Assembly (NCBI GenBank): GCA_036277435.1
Contig: DASUMY010000055.1
Location: 1 to 37,399, forward strand
Reading direction: 5' to 3'
DNA length: 37,399 nt
Source of the DNA: Sulfuricurvum sp.
GTDB lineage: Bacteria; Campylobacterota; Campylobacteria; Campylobacterales; Sulfurimonadaceae
Shown here: in pieces, positions 26,002 through 34,556 of the stretch
Numbering within the stretch: position 1 is the first letter of the stretch
Layout: each line of letters opens with the position of its first letter
The notes under the pieces: model-generated
Told to the model about the DNA's origin: nothing
Database searches by the model: none
Seen by the model: only the letters and a program-made list of their open reading frames with translations
Made by a program: the position numbers and the translations under genes

Positions 26002-27081
26002 TTAGTTTCTATCTATTGCATTCAAATCATTAAATGCTGTTTTGACACGTTCAACTAGCGTTTTTTGGCCATCTCGCAACCACTTTCGCGGATCATAATA
26101 TTTCTTATTCGGTTTTTCTTCCCCTTCAGGATTCCCGATTTGCCCCTGAAGATAATCACGGTATTTTTCATAATAGTTCTTGACCCCTTCCCACGTTGCC
26201 CATTGGGTATCGGTATCGATATTCATCTTGATGACACCGTAGCTGATCGCTTCGCGAATCTCTTCCAATGTTGATCCTGATCCACCGTGAAAGACGAAAT
26301 TGACCGGCTTTGCTGCCGTATGGAATTTTTCTTGGATATAACGTTGTGAATTATCCAAAATGATGGGGGTTAATACAACATTTCCCGGTTTGTAAACGCC
26401 GTGAACGTTACCGAATGATGCGGCAATCGTAAAGTTTTCACTTACTTTCATCAATTGTTCATACGCATAGGCGACGTCTTCGGGCTGAGTGTATAGGAGG
26501 GAATTATCGATATTGGTGTTGTCTACACCGTCCTCTTCACCGCCGGTTACCCCTAACTCAATTTCCAGGGTCATTCCGATCTTAGACATACGTTCCAAAT
26601 AGCGAACACACGTTGCGACGTTTTCTTCAAGACTCTCTTCGGAAAGATCCAGCATGTGAGAGCTAAACAATGGTTTGCCATGGGTTTGAAAATGTTTTTC
26701 TCCTGCATCAAGCAGAGCATCAATCCACGGAAGAAGAGAACGCGCTGCATGATCGGTATGCAATACAACAGGGATTCCATACGCTTCAGCCATCATATGT
26801 ACATGCAATGCACCGCTGATGGCGCCGACAATGGCTGCTTTTTCATTCTCATTGCTGAGACCTTTACCGGCATAATAACTGGCACCGCCATTGGAAAATT
26901 GAATGATAACCGGTGAATTAACCACTTTTGCCGCTTCGAGAACCGCATTGATTGAATCTGTGCCGACGACGTTAACGGCCGGAAGCGCATAACCCTCTTC
27001 TTTTGCAATGGCAAACAAGGTTTTAAGATCGTCACCGAATACAACACCCGGCTTGATTACCTCTAAAATACGTTTGGACAT
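26002..27081 (-). CDS. fbaA: Class II fructose-bisphosphate aldolase
   Basis: HTDH, FSSHMLDLSEE, GGEEDG, FGNVHGVY, VFHGGSG, KMNIDTD, YDPR. Confidence 0.97.
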   Translation of the reverse strand: MSKRILEVIKPGVVFGDDLKTLFAIAKEEGYALPAVNVVGTDSINAVLEAAKVVNSPVIIQFSNGGASYYAGKGLSNENEKAAIVGAISGALHVHMMAEAYGIPVVLHTDHAARSLLPWIDALLDAGEKHFQTHGKPLFSSHMLDLSEESLEENVATCVRYLERMSKIGMTLEIELGVTGGEEDGVDNTNIDNSLLYTQPEDVAYAYEQLMKVSENFTIAASFGNVHGVYKPGNVVLTPIILDNSQRYIQEKFHTAAKPVNFVFHGGSGSTLEEIREAISYGVIKMNIDTDTQWATWEGVKNYYEKYRDYLQGQIGNPEGEEKPNKKYYDPRKWLRDGQKTLVERVKTAFNDLNAIDRN

Positions 27082-27109
27082 GAACTACCCCAAAGAAAAA
27101 ATATAAAGT

Positions 27110-27154
27110 ATTATAGCATTCGCCCCCACATATCCTTATTAGCTATGTTAAAAT
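27110..27154. promoter_or_regulatory. Divergent extended -10 elements for fbaA and the M23 gene
   Basis: Minus-strand TGCTATAAT at 27110-27118; plus-strand TGTTAAAAT at 27146-27154. Confidence 0.55.
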
Positions 27155-27210
27155 AAGAATGACAAAGTTATAGAATGTAATAAGTACGAAGCAGTAGAAA
27201 AGGAGGCAGA

Positions 27211-28581
27211 GTGAAAAAAGCGTTGATAATCCTAGTGCTGAGCACTCTGCTGCTTTATGCCCAAGATAAACTTCCTTATTATTCACTCGCTGAGCCCTTG
27301 CAGCTGAACGCACATAAACTTTCTCAACTCGATGAGACGGCACTGGAGAGTAGCGATCCAAAAATGATTGAACGTTTTTGCCAGGGAGTGGAGAGTACGT
27401 TGCAAGTGGGTGAGGTTCTGGCCAAATCTTCGAAAACGGATCCTGAACTTTTGAATGGGTATCTCAAAGAGCTCAGGAGACTCTCTACGCAGCAAGAGTC
27501 TATTTATAAGCTGTATCGAAAATCATTATCCACGTCGATGGAAACAGGGGATAAAAAAAGATTTGAAAAGTTGGCTTCGATACCTTTGGAGCCGCTGCAT
27601 CATCCTCGCGTACGATCTGAAGCCATTGCCTATTATCAAAAGAATTTTGTGAATCATCCGATTAAAACCCTTGATGTGTTGTGTGATGAACAGGAATTGG
27701 AACAAAAAAGTATTCAAATTGCGATTGAGCAAGAGCAGGCCTATGAAGAGCATTTGCGTATTTTAAAGCGTTCAGAAGTACAGCAGATTAAAAGAATGGC
27801 CAAAATCGGTTCTCGTAACAGTGTAATCCTAACCGCCGAAGTCACCCCCAACGGAGGAATTGAATTTGAGGCAGAAAATTTAAATCCTTATCGCGTGACA
27901 CTCAGTCTTGATTTTCAAAGCATTACGAATCTATCTACGTCCTTACCCCTTCCGTTCATAACCGAATTGGCAGGAAAAAGCAAAAAGAAAATTTTAGTTC
28001 TTAACCGAATCGATAGTATGAAAGCGATTGATTATCGCTCATCCTACGGGTGGGTGAGAGGATCCCCGTTTGCCAAACATAATGATGGGTATGTTTACGG
28101 ACTACCTTTTAGAAAAGGGTCGAATGTCTATGTTTCGCAAGGGTATCACGGCAATACGTCCCACAAAGGGCTATCGGCCTATGCTGTGGATTTTCCGCTT
28201 CCGATAGGAACCCCTATTTTTGCGGCACGCGAAGGGATTGTTGTGGGAGCGGAGGTTTCAAATACGATGGGGGGTGCTAGCCCGGAATACCGTCAATATG
28301 CCAATTATGTGATTATTGAACATGAAGATGGGACGATGGGAAACTATTATCATTTAAAACAGGGGGGAAGTGCCGTTCGTATTGGTGATAAAGTTTTAAA
28401 AGGGCAGTTGATTGCCTATTCCGGAAACACAGGGTATAGCAGCGGACCTCATTTGCATTTCAGCGTGAGCAAAGTGGACCCGATTTCCATGCGCCGTCCG
28501 ATGAATCTTCCTGTGAAGATGCAAACGATGCAGGGAATTGTAACGAACCCTCATAATGGGGATCATTATACGGTACAATAA
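27211..28581 (+). CDS. Exported M23-family metallopeptidase with long N-terminal region
   Basis: Signal peptide; H......AVDF, GTPIFAAREG, YYHL, SGNTGYSSGPHLHF. Confidence 0.88.
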   Translation: MKKALIILVLSTLLLYAQDKLPYYSLAEPLQLNAHKLSQLDETALESSDPKMIERFCQGVESTLQVGEVLAKSSKTDPELLNGYLKELRRLSTQQESIYKLYRKSLSTSMETGDKKRFEKLASIPLEPLHHPRVRSEAIAYYQKNFVNHPIKTLDVLCDEQELEQKSIQIAIEQEQAYEEHLRILKRSEVQQIKRMAKIGSRNSVILTAEVTPNGGIEFEAENLNPYRVTLSLDFQSITNLSTSLPLPFITELAGKSKKKILVLNRIDSMKAIDYRSSYGWVRGSPFAKHNDGYVYGLPFRKGSNVYVSQGYHGNTSHKGLSAYAVDFPLPIGTPIFAAREGIVVGAEVSNTMGGASPEYRQYANYVIIEHEDGTMGNYYHLKQGGSAVRIGDKVLKGQLIAYSGNTGYSSGPHLHFSVSKVDPISMRRPMNLPVKMQTMQGIVTNPHNGDHYTVQ

Positions 28582-28619
28582 GTTTTTCAATTAATAATTA
28601 AAAATAAGCGGAGTTAAAG

Positions 28620-30206
28620 ATGCTTTCTACGGTTAAATCAAAAATTATTTTTTCAACGTTGCTGTTTAGTGCTCTCGCTTTAAGTGCCATATACGGATAT
28701 TTGAGTGTGACATTTCATGATTTTTCGAATGAAACGTCAAAACGTTCCTTAACGATGTTGAGTCAATCTATCTTTCAAACGTTATCGCAAAGCATGCTGG
28801 CCGGCGATCCAAAAGTTGTTGCCGAAACGATTGAACGGGCCAAAGAGATTGAGGGAATTACTCAGATTAGTGTTCAACGTTCGGTGGCCGTGAACGATTT
28901 ATTTGGAACACATGCCCCAATGAGTGACGATTTACTGATTAAAAAAGTTTTTGAGAATAAAAAACCGGAAGTGATCGAGAACAGTGATCAAGGACATACC
29001 ATCCGTCTTCTCCAACCGCTTATTGCAGAAGAGAGATGTCTTGCTTGTCATACCAATGTTCAGACCGGAACGGTGCTGGGTGTGATGGATTTGGTGGTTT
29101 CATTGGAGCAAAACGATATCGCCATTGAGAATACACAGCATGTTTTATTGGTCGCATTGGGGATTGTGGTGATTGCTTTTGTCGTTGTGCTAAATATCTT
29201 TTTCAGCCGAGAAGTATTGCTTCCGCTGGCTGAATTGCGCAATCGTATTTCTGCCTTGGTGAGTGGGGATAAAGACTTGACAAAACGGCTTGAAATCACG
29301 AAAAAAGATGAATTCTCCGAAGCGGCAAGTGCGGTTAATAATTTTGTGTCGATGATTCAAGAAACCGTCAATGAAGTGAAATCGCTTGGCGTTAAAAACA
29401 GTACGATTGCGACGACGATTACGATGGAAACCAGAAGTATCTCAGAAGGAGTAGATCAGGAACGCACTATTGTTCAGGCAACCACGCAGAAAAGTCATTC
29501 CATTAAAGAGATTCTTTCTGCTGCTATTATCATTTCGGAACAAACGCAAAGCAATATCACGAATGCGAATAATGAACTGGTGACCGCTAAAGGGGCTTTG
29601 GACCGTTTAGTGAACGAAGTGGATGGTTATATTGAAACCGAAAATGAGATGTCGTCTCAATTGATGGGATTACGGCAAGATGCCGATCAAGTGAAAAATG
29701 TCCTTGGGGTCATCAAGGATATAGCAGAACAAACGAACCTTTTAGCCCTTAATGCAGCCATTGAAGCAGCTCGGGCAGGGGAACATGGACGAGGATTTGC
29801 GGTTGTAGCGGATGAAGTGCGTAAACTTGCCGAACGGACTCAAAAAAGTCTGACCGAAATTGAAATCAGTGTCAGCACGATTGTTCAGTCGATTAACGAT
29901 GTGAGTGATAGAATCGGCCAAAATGCGATTAAAATGAATGAATTAACCGATATATCGCGTGAAGTAGAAGAAAAAATATCGACCACCTCATTAGAAATGG
30001 AAAATTCGGTTGTCGTTGCTCAACATTCTTACAGTGATTCCGTTAAAATGGTAGATCACATTGAATGGATTATTGATCAAATTGCACAAATTAATGATGT
30101 GTCTAAATCGAATCAAAAAAGTGTTGAACGGATTGAAAAAGATTCTGAACAGCTGCTGCACGTTGCGCAAGCGCTTCAATCACATATTAATGAGTTTAAG
30201 AGCTAA
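28620..30206 (+). CDS. Methyl-accepting chemotaxis protein with periplasmic c-type heme motif
   Basis: Two TM helices, CLACH in the periplasmic domain, [42 protein letters not shown]. Confidence 0.94.
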   Translation: MLSTVKSKIIFSTLLFSALALSAIYGYLSVTFHDFSNETSKRSLTMLSQSIFQTLSQSMLAGDPKVVAETIERAKEIEGITQISVQRSVAVNDLFGTHAPMSDDLLIKKVFENKKPEVIENSDQGHTIRLLQPLIAEERCLACHTNVQTGTVLGVMDLVVSLEQNDIAIENTQHVLLVALGIVVIAFVVVLNIFFSREVLLPLAELRNRISALVSGDKDLTKRLEITKKDEFSEAASAVNNFVSMIQETVNEVKSLGVKNSTIATTITMETRSISEGVDQERTIVQATTQKSHSIKEILSAAIIISEQTQSNITNANNELVTAKGALDRLVNEVDGYIETENEMSSQLMGLRQDADQVKNVLGVIKDIAEQTNLLALNAAIEAARAGEHGRGFAVVADEVRKLAERTQKSLTEIEISVSTIVQSINDVSDRIGQNAIKMNELTDISREVEEKISTTSLEMENSVVVAQHSYSDSVKMVDHIEWIIDQIAQINDVSKSNQKSVERIEKDSEQLLHVAQALQSHINEFKS

Positions 30207-30492
30207 AAACGGCCAGCCAAAGTGCATCATCCGAAGTTGAAAGAACTTGATGGGGCGTGTGCTTAGGTAGAAAAACACATTCGCCTGCTTGCAGGTGAAC
30301 CATAGTATCTTTGATCTTCAATCCAGCGTTGCCGCGGAGCAATATAACCCATTCATCTTCATTTTGATCGTACACTTCTCCGGGCTGTGTCAGATGGGAG
30401 CGTATCGCTTCAATTTTGAGCCTACCGTGTTGATGAAGCGTTTGAAAGATTTCCGTATTTGGTTTTGGATCGTTAAGGGCATAAAGATTCAC
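30196..30492 (-). CDS. Small cupin-domain protein
   Basis: [16 protein letters not shown] and [17 protein letters not shown] cupin motifs; WLAVF C-terminus. Confidence 0.85.
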   Translation of the reverse strand: MNLYALNDPKPNTEIFQTLHQHGRLKIEAIRSHLTQPGEVYDQNEDEWVILLRGNAGLKIKDTMVHLQAGECVFLPKHTPHQVLSTSDDALWLAVFSS

Positions 30493-30553
30493 GAGTCACT
30501 CCTAAGTTTATGCGTGTTATGATTGCGTCATTATAATTTAAAGTGTTGCAAAT

Positions 30554-31063
30554 ATGAAAAATATAGTATTAATTGGATTTATGGGAGTCGGAAAAGGGTC
30601 CGTCGCACGAGCAATTGTGAAGCGGACCAATATGATGGCTTTGGATACGGATGATATTATTGAAAGTATTGAGAACCGTTCGGTAAAAGAGATATTCGCA
30701 GCAGAGGGAGAAGAATACTTTCGTTCTCTTGAGCGCAAAACAGCGCGCTGGTTGAAGAAAAACGTTGACGGGACAGTCGTATCCACAGGTGGAGGATTCT
30801 TTAAGGTTCCTGCAATGAAAAAAATTGGGACCGTAGTATTGCTTAATGCCCCGTTTGATACGATTTATGAGCGTATTTTGGCGCATCCGGATGCAAACAA
30901 AAAGCTTCGTAAACGCCCTTTGTTTCAAGATATCGAAAAAGCGCGGGCCCTCTATGAAGAGCGGCTTCCGATGTATCTAAAAGTGGCGGACATCGTCATT
31001 GATGTTACGGATAAAGATGTAGATGCCATTGCCAAAGAGATCATTAAAAAGGTAAAAAAATGA
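30554..31063 (+). CDS. aroK: Shikimate kinase
   Basis: LIGFMGVGKG, DTD, EGEEYFRSLE, STGGG, RPL, R..MY. Confidence 0.94.
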   Translation: MKNIVLIGFMGVGKGSVARAIVKRTNMMALDTDDIIESIENRSVKEIFAAEGEEYFRSLERKTARWLKKNVDGTVVSTGGGFFKVPAMKKIGTVVLLNAPFDTIYERILAHPDANKKLRKRPLFQDIEKARALYEERLPMYLKVADIVIDVTDKDVDAIAKEIIKKVKK

Positions 31064-31479
31064 TGAGAATACTATTTTTGCTGGGATTGACCCTTGCCGC
31101 CGTTTTTGGGAATGGGATTAAATGGGAAAAAGACTATGCAAGCGCCCTTAAACAATCAAAGGCGTTGAACAAACCGATGATGTTTATCATCTCAAATCAC
31201 AATTGCCGCTATTGCGTTCAGTTGGAAACCACGACGCTGAAAAATCCCAAAGTGATTCAAAAAATCAATACCGACTATGTAGCTGCTATCGTCTATGTGG
31301 ATGAAAATCCTCTTTTCCCGCGTGATTTATACGTAGGAGGCACCCCTGCGACTTGGTTTTTGAAAAGTGATGGTGAACCGTTGTTTGAACCGGTAATGGG
31401 GGCCATTGATACGGGGCATTTTCTAGAGGCCTTGGACATCGTTAAGCAAGAATACAAAAAAACATCAGTTAAAAAGTAA
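31060..31479 (+). CDS. Exported thioredoxin-fold protein (SoxW-like)
   Basis: Signal peptide, W...Y..AL..SK..NKP, CRYC, cis-Pro GTP. Confidence 0.8.
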   Translation: MMRILFLLGLTLAAVFGNGIKWEKDYASALKQSKALNKPMMFIISNHNCRYCVQLETTTLKNPKVIQKINTDYVAAIVYVDENPLFPRDLYVGGTPATWFLKSDGEPLFEPVMGAIDTGHFLEALDIVKQEYKKTSVKK

Positions 31480-31491
31480 AAAAGGGACACT

Positions 31492-32784
31492 ATGACTATT
31501 ATCCAAACGAACGATACCGATTTTCAAACGGTTTTTAGTGATTTGTTAAATCGCGGCAAGATGGATATGGAACATGTGTCTGTTATTGTCAAAGGACTTA
31601 TTGACGAAATTCGAAGTGACAAAGATGAAGCGCTGATGCGTCATATCTCAAAATTTGACAGATGGTCGCCAAAGAGCGGTTCTGACCTTCGCATCGATCC
31701 TGTGGAGATGAAAAATGCGTACGATGCCTTAGAACCGAATCTTAAATCAGCACTTCATTTGGCCTACGATCGTATTCGGGCGTATCATGAAAAGCAACTT
31801 CCTAAAAGCTGGTTTGACACGGAAGCAAACGGTACGATTTTGGGACAAAAAGTCACGCCGGTTGATCGGGCGGGACTTTATATTCCTGGGGGAAAGGCCG
31901 CATATCCCAGTTCACTATTGATGAATGTGATCCCGGCTCAAGTAGCGGGGGTTGATGAAATAATCGTCTGTACTCCTACGCCTGATAATGAACCTAATGC
32001 ATTGTTGCTAGCAGCGTGCCATTTATGCAAAGTAACGGAAGTATTTAAAGTCGGAGGGGCGAGTGCGATTGCAGCTATGGCGTATGGAACCCAGACCATC
32101 CCCAAAGTCGATGTTATTACGGGCCCGGGCAATATTTTTGTTGCAACCGCAAAAAAAATGGTTTTTGGAGAAGTTAATATTGACATGATTGCAGGTCCGA
32201 GTGAAATTGGGGTTCTGGCCGATGAGAGTGCCAATGCGCGCCATATCGCTATCGATCTTTTGTCACAAGCAGAACACGATGAGATGGCGAGTTCCATTCT
32301 AATTACCACGTCCCAAGCGGTAGCCGATCAATGTGTCATTGAAATTGAGACATGGCTAAAGAAACTTCCGCGTGAAGCGATTGCCCGCAAATCGATTGAT
32401 GAGAGGGCTGCGATTATTATAGCATCTACGATGACAGAAGCCATTGATCTGATGAACCAAATTGCTCCGGAACACTTGGAAGTCGTAACGGTTAACCCGT
32501 TTGAACTGCTGCCGTCGATCAAACATGCGGGAGCGATCTTTTTAGGTCCTAATACCCCTGAAGCGATAGGTGATTATATTGCGGGTCCGAATCATACCCT
32601 TCCGACAGGCGGAACGGCACGATTTTACTCCCCTCTCGGAGTCGAAAATTTTATGAAAAAATCGTCCATCATTGCGTTTTCAGCGCAGGCCATTCGTGAA
32701 ATCGGTGAAGCATGTGCCTTGATTGCCAATACCGAAGGTCTTGGTGCGCACGAAGCCTCTGTCCGCTGCCGTTTAGAGTCATAA
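31492..32784 (+). CDS. hisD: Histidinol dehydrogenase
   Basis: GLYIPGG, GPGNIFV, DMIAGPSE, LSQAEHD, APEHLE, GPNHTLPT. Confidence 0.97.
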   Translation: MTIIQTNDTDFQTVFSDLLNRGKMDMEHVSVIVKGLIDEIRSDKDEALMRHISKFDRWSPKSGSDLRIDPVEMKNAYDALEPNLKSALHLAYDRIRAYHEKQLPKSWFDTEANGTILGQKVTPVDRAGLYIPGGKAAYPSSLLMNVIPAQVAGVDEIIVCTPTPDNEPNALLLAACHLCKVTEVFKVGGASAIAAMAYGTQTIPKVDVITGPGNIFVATAKKMVFGEVNIDMIAGPSEIGVLADESANARHIAIDLLSQAEHDEMASSILITTSQAVADQCVIEIETWLKKLPREAIARKSIDERAAIIIASTMTEAIDLMNQIAPEHLEVVTVNPFELLPSIKHAGAIFLGPNTPEAIGDYIAGPNHTLPTGGTARFYSPLGVENFMKKSSIIAFSAQAIREIGEACALIANTEGLGAHEASVRCRLES

Positions 32785-32939
32785 TACCTTTTGGTATGTG
32801 ACGGTAAAATTCCCTCTTTTTTCTTCATATGTTTCCAGATAAGACAGATTAAACTCGTTATCAAAAAATGATCACTAAAATTACTTTTATTTAGATTGCA
32901 TTAAACCTATTTTGGCTACTATCCACCTAGCAGTAATGC

Positions 32940-32981
32940 CGTTATAAGCCTGTTATAATGACAATAAATAATTATTATTGT
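32940..32981 (+). promoter_or_regulatory. Promoter/operator region of the molybdoenzyme operon
   Basis: TGTTATAAT at 32951-32959; near-palindrome CGTTATAA-N5-TTATAATG region; ACAATAA-N7-TTATTGT at 32961-32981. Confidence 0.55.
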
Positions 32982-33010
32982 GTAATGCAATAGGAATTTA
33001 AGGAGAATAT

Positions 33011-33646
33011 ATGCAACTAGGTTTCTTAGTAGACCTTCGCCTTTGTATGGGGTGCAAGGGCTGTGAGATCGCATGTAAAGTGGAGAATGAAGTTCCACTC
33101 AGTACATGGCGTCTTCGTGTAAAATATGTGGATGTGGGGACGTTTCCGGAAACAAAACGTACCTTTACACCGCTTCGCTGTAATCACTGTGCCAATGCAC
33201 CATGTGAGCGAATTTGTCCTGTAAGTGCGTTGCACTATATTGAAAACGGCATTGTAAATATTGACAAAGAGCGTTGTATTGGATGTGCGGGATGTGTCAT
33301 GGCATGTCCATATGGAGCAATTTATATTGATCCGCAGACACAGACAGCCGATAAATGTACCTATTGTGCGCACCGTATTGCCAGTGCCATGATGCCATCG
33401 TGTGTCGTAGCGTGTCCGGTAGAAGCAAATATTTTTGGCGATTTGGATGATCCGATGTCTAACATCAGCAAATACATCCAACAGCATCAAGGCAACGTAC
33501 AAGTACGCAAACCGGAAAAAGGGACCGATCCTCACCACTATTATGTCGGTGGCGGAAATGTAACCTTGAATCCGTTGGCATCATTCAGAGCTGAAGGACA
33601 TTCATTGTTTAACAATCTTACACATCTTCCGATCGGAGGCCACTAA
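33011..33646 (+). CDS. Four-cluster [4Fe-4S] electron-transfer subunit (PsrB/TtrB/NrfC family)
   Basis: CMGCKGCEIAC, CNHCANAPCERICP, CIGCAGCVMACP, KCTYC...CVVACP; AAGGAG SD. Confidence 0.93.
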   Translation: MQLGFLVDLRLCMGCKGCEIACKVENEVPLSTWRLRVKYVDVGTFPETKRTFTPLRCNHCANAPCERICPVSALHYIENGIVNIDKERCIGCAGCVMACPYGAIYIDPQTQTADKCTYCAHRIASAMMPSCVVACPVEANIFGDLDDPMSNISKYIQQHQGNVQVRKPEKGTDPHHYYVGGGNVTLNPLASFRAEGHSLFNNLTHLPIGGH

Positions 33647-34545
33647 TGGTACATGAATCAATTGCGGCAACCAATGCGGTTGTAGTACTCGACGTAGCTC
33701 TTCCGGGTATTGTTTGGGGTTGGATTATTACAATGAACATGTGGGCAAAAAGTATCGGTACCGGTATTATTTTCCTAGGGTTCTTCTTGTTAAAAAAATA
33801 TCCGCAGGAAACCGGTTTCATCCGTTTCCCGGTAGTGGCGATTTCAATCGTATTTATTCACATTTTCTTGTTTTTCACCGTGATTGATTTGCATCAGATG
33901 TTTCGTTTCTGGCATATTTTCTTTCACCCCCACATGACATCGGCGATTACGATCGGTGCATGGATGGCAACAGGATTTGTAGGATTGCTTTTAGGCATGG
34001 CGTATTTCATCTATATGAAAAAAGATGAAGCGATGTATGACAAATTACTTGGATATACGGTATTGCTAGCCGTTCCGGTTACGTTGTATACCGCAGGATT
34101 GATGGCTCAATCTACGGCACGCGAACTATGGCAAATGCCAACCGAATCGGCTCAAATGATTTTGGCGGCACTTTTGGCAGGTACGGCAACAATGTTATTG
34201 TTGGGCGGGAACAAATTTTCAAACGCCATCAAAAAAGATTTGGCGATCATTTTGGGGCTTAGTGCTGCTGCAGCGTTTATCCTATATATGGCGGAATTGA
34301 TTTTCGGACCGATGAAAGCAGAAGAAGTAGCGGCGGTTCTTGAATATATTAAAGGTGGCGAATACACCGTAATGTTCTGGATGGGACAATTACTGGCGTT
34401 TATCGTCCCAATGGTATTGGTATGTTTGAGCATTAAAAAAGAATCGTATTATTTGTTGAAAATCGCTGCTGTGTCAGCGTTAATCGGATTGTGGATCAGT
34501 AAACATGTTTGGCTGGTTATCCCACAATTGTTAAGCATGAGCTAA
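33646..34545 (+). CDS. NrfD/PsrC-family membrane anchor
   Basis: About 8 TM segments; DLHQMFRFW, TSAITIGAW, YTAGL, RELW. Confidence 0.9.
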   Translation: MVHESIAATNAVVVLDVALPGIVWGWIITMNMWAKSIGTGIIFLGFFLLKKYPQETGFIRFPVVAISIVFIHIFLFFTVIDLHQMFRFWHIFFHPHMTSAITIGAWMATGFVGLLLGMAYFIYMKKDEAMYDKLLGYTVLLAVPVTLYTAGLMAQSTARELWQMPTESAQMILAALLAGTATMLLLGGNKFSNAIKKDLAIILGLSAAAAFILYMAELIFGPMKAEEVAAVLEYIKGGEYTVMFWMGQLLAFIVPMVLVCLSIKKESYYLLKIAAVSALIGLWISKHVWLVIPQLLSMS

Positions 34546-34556
34546 AGAGGTAGATG

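Noticed and set aside
33026-33538. 170-aa minus-strand ORF
   Set aside because: Antisense shadow of the Fe-S subunit.
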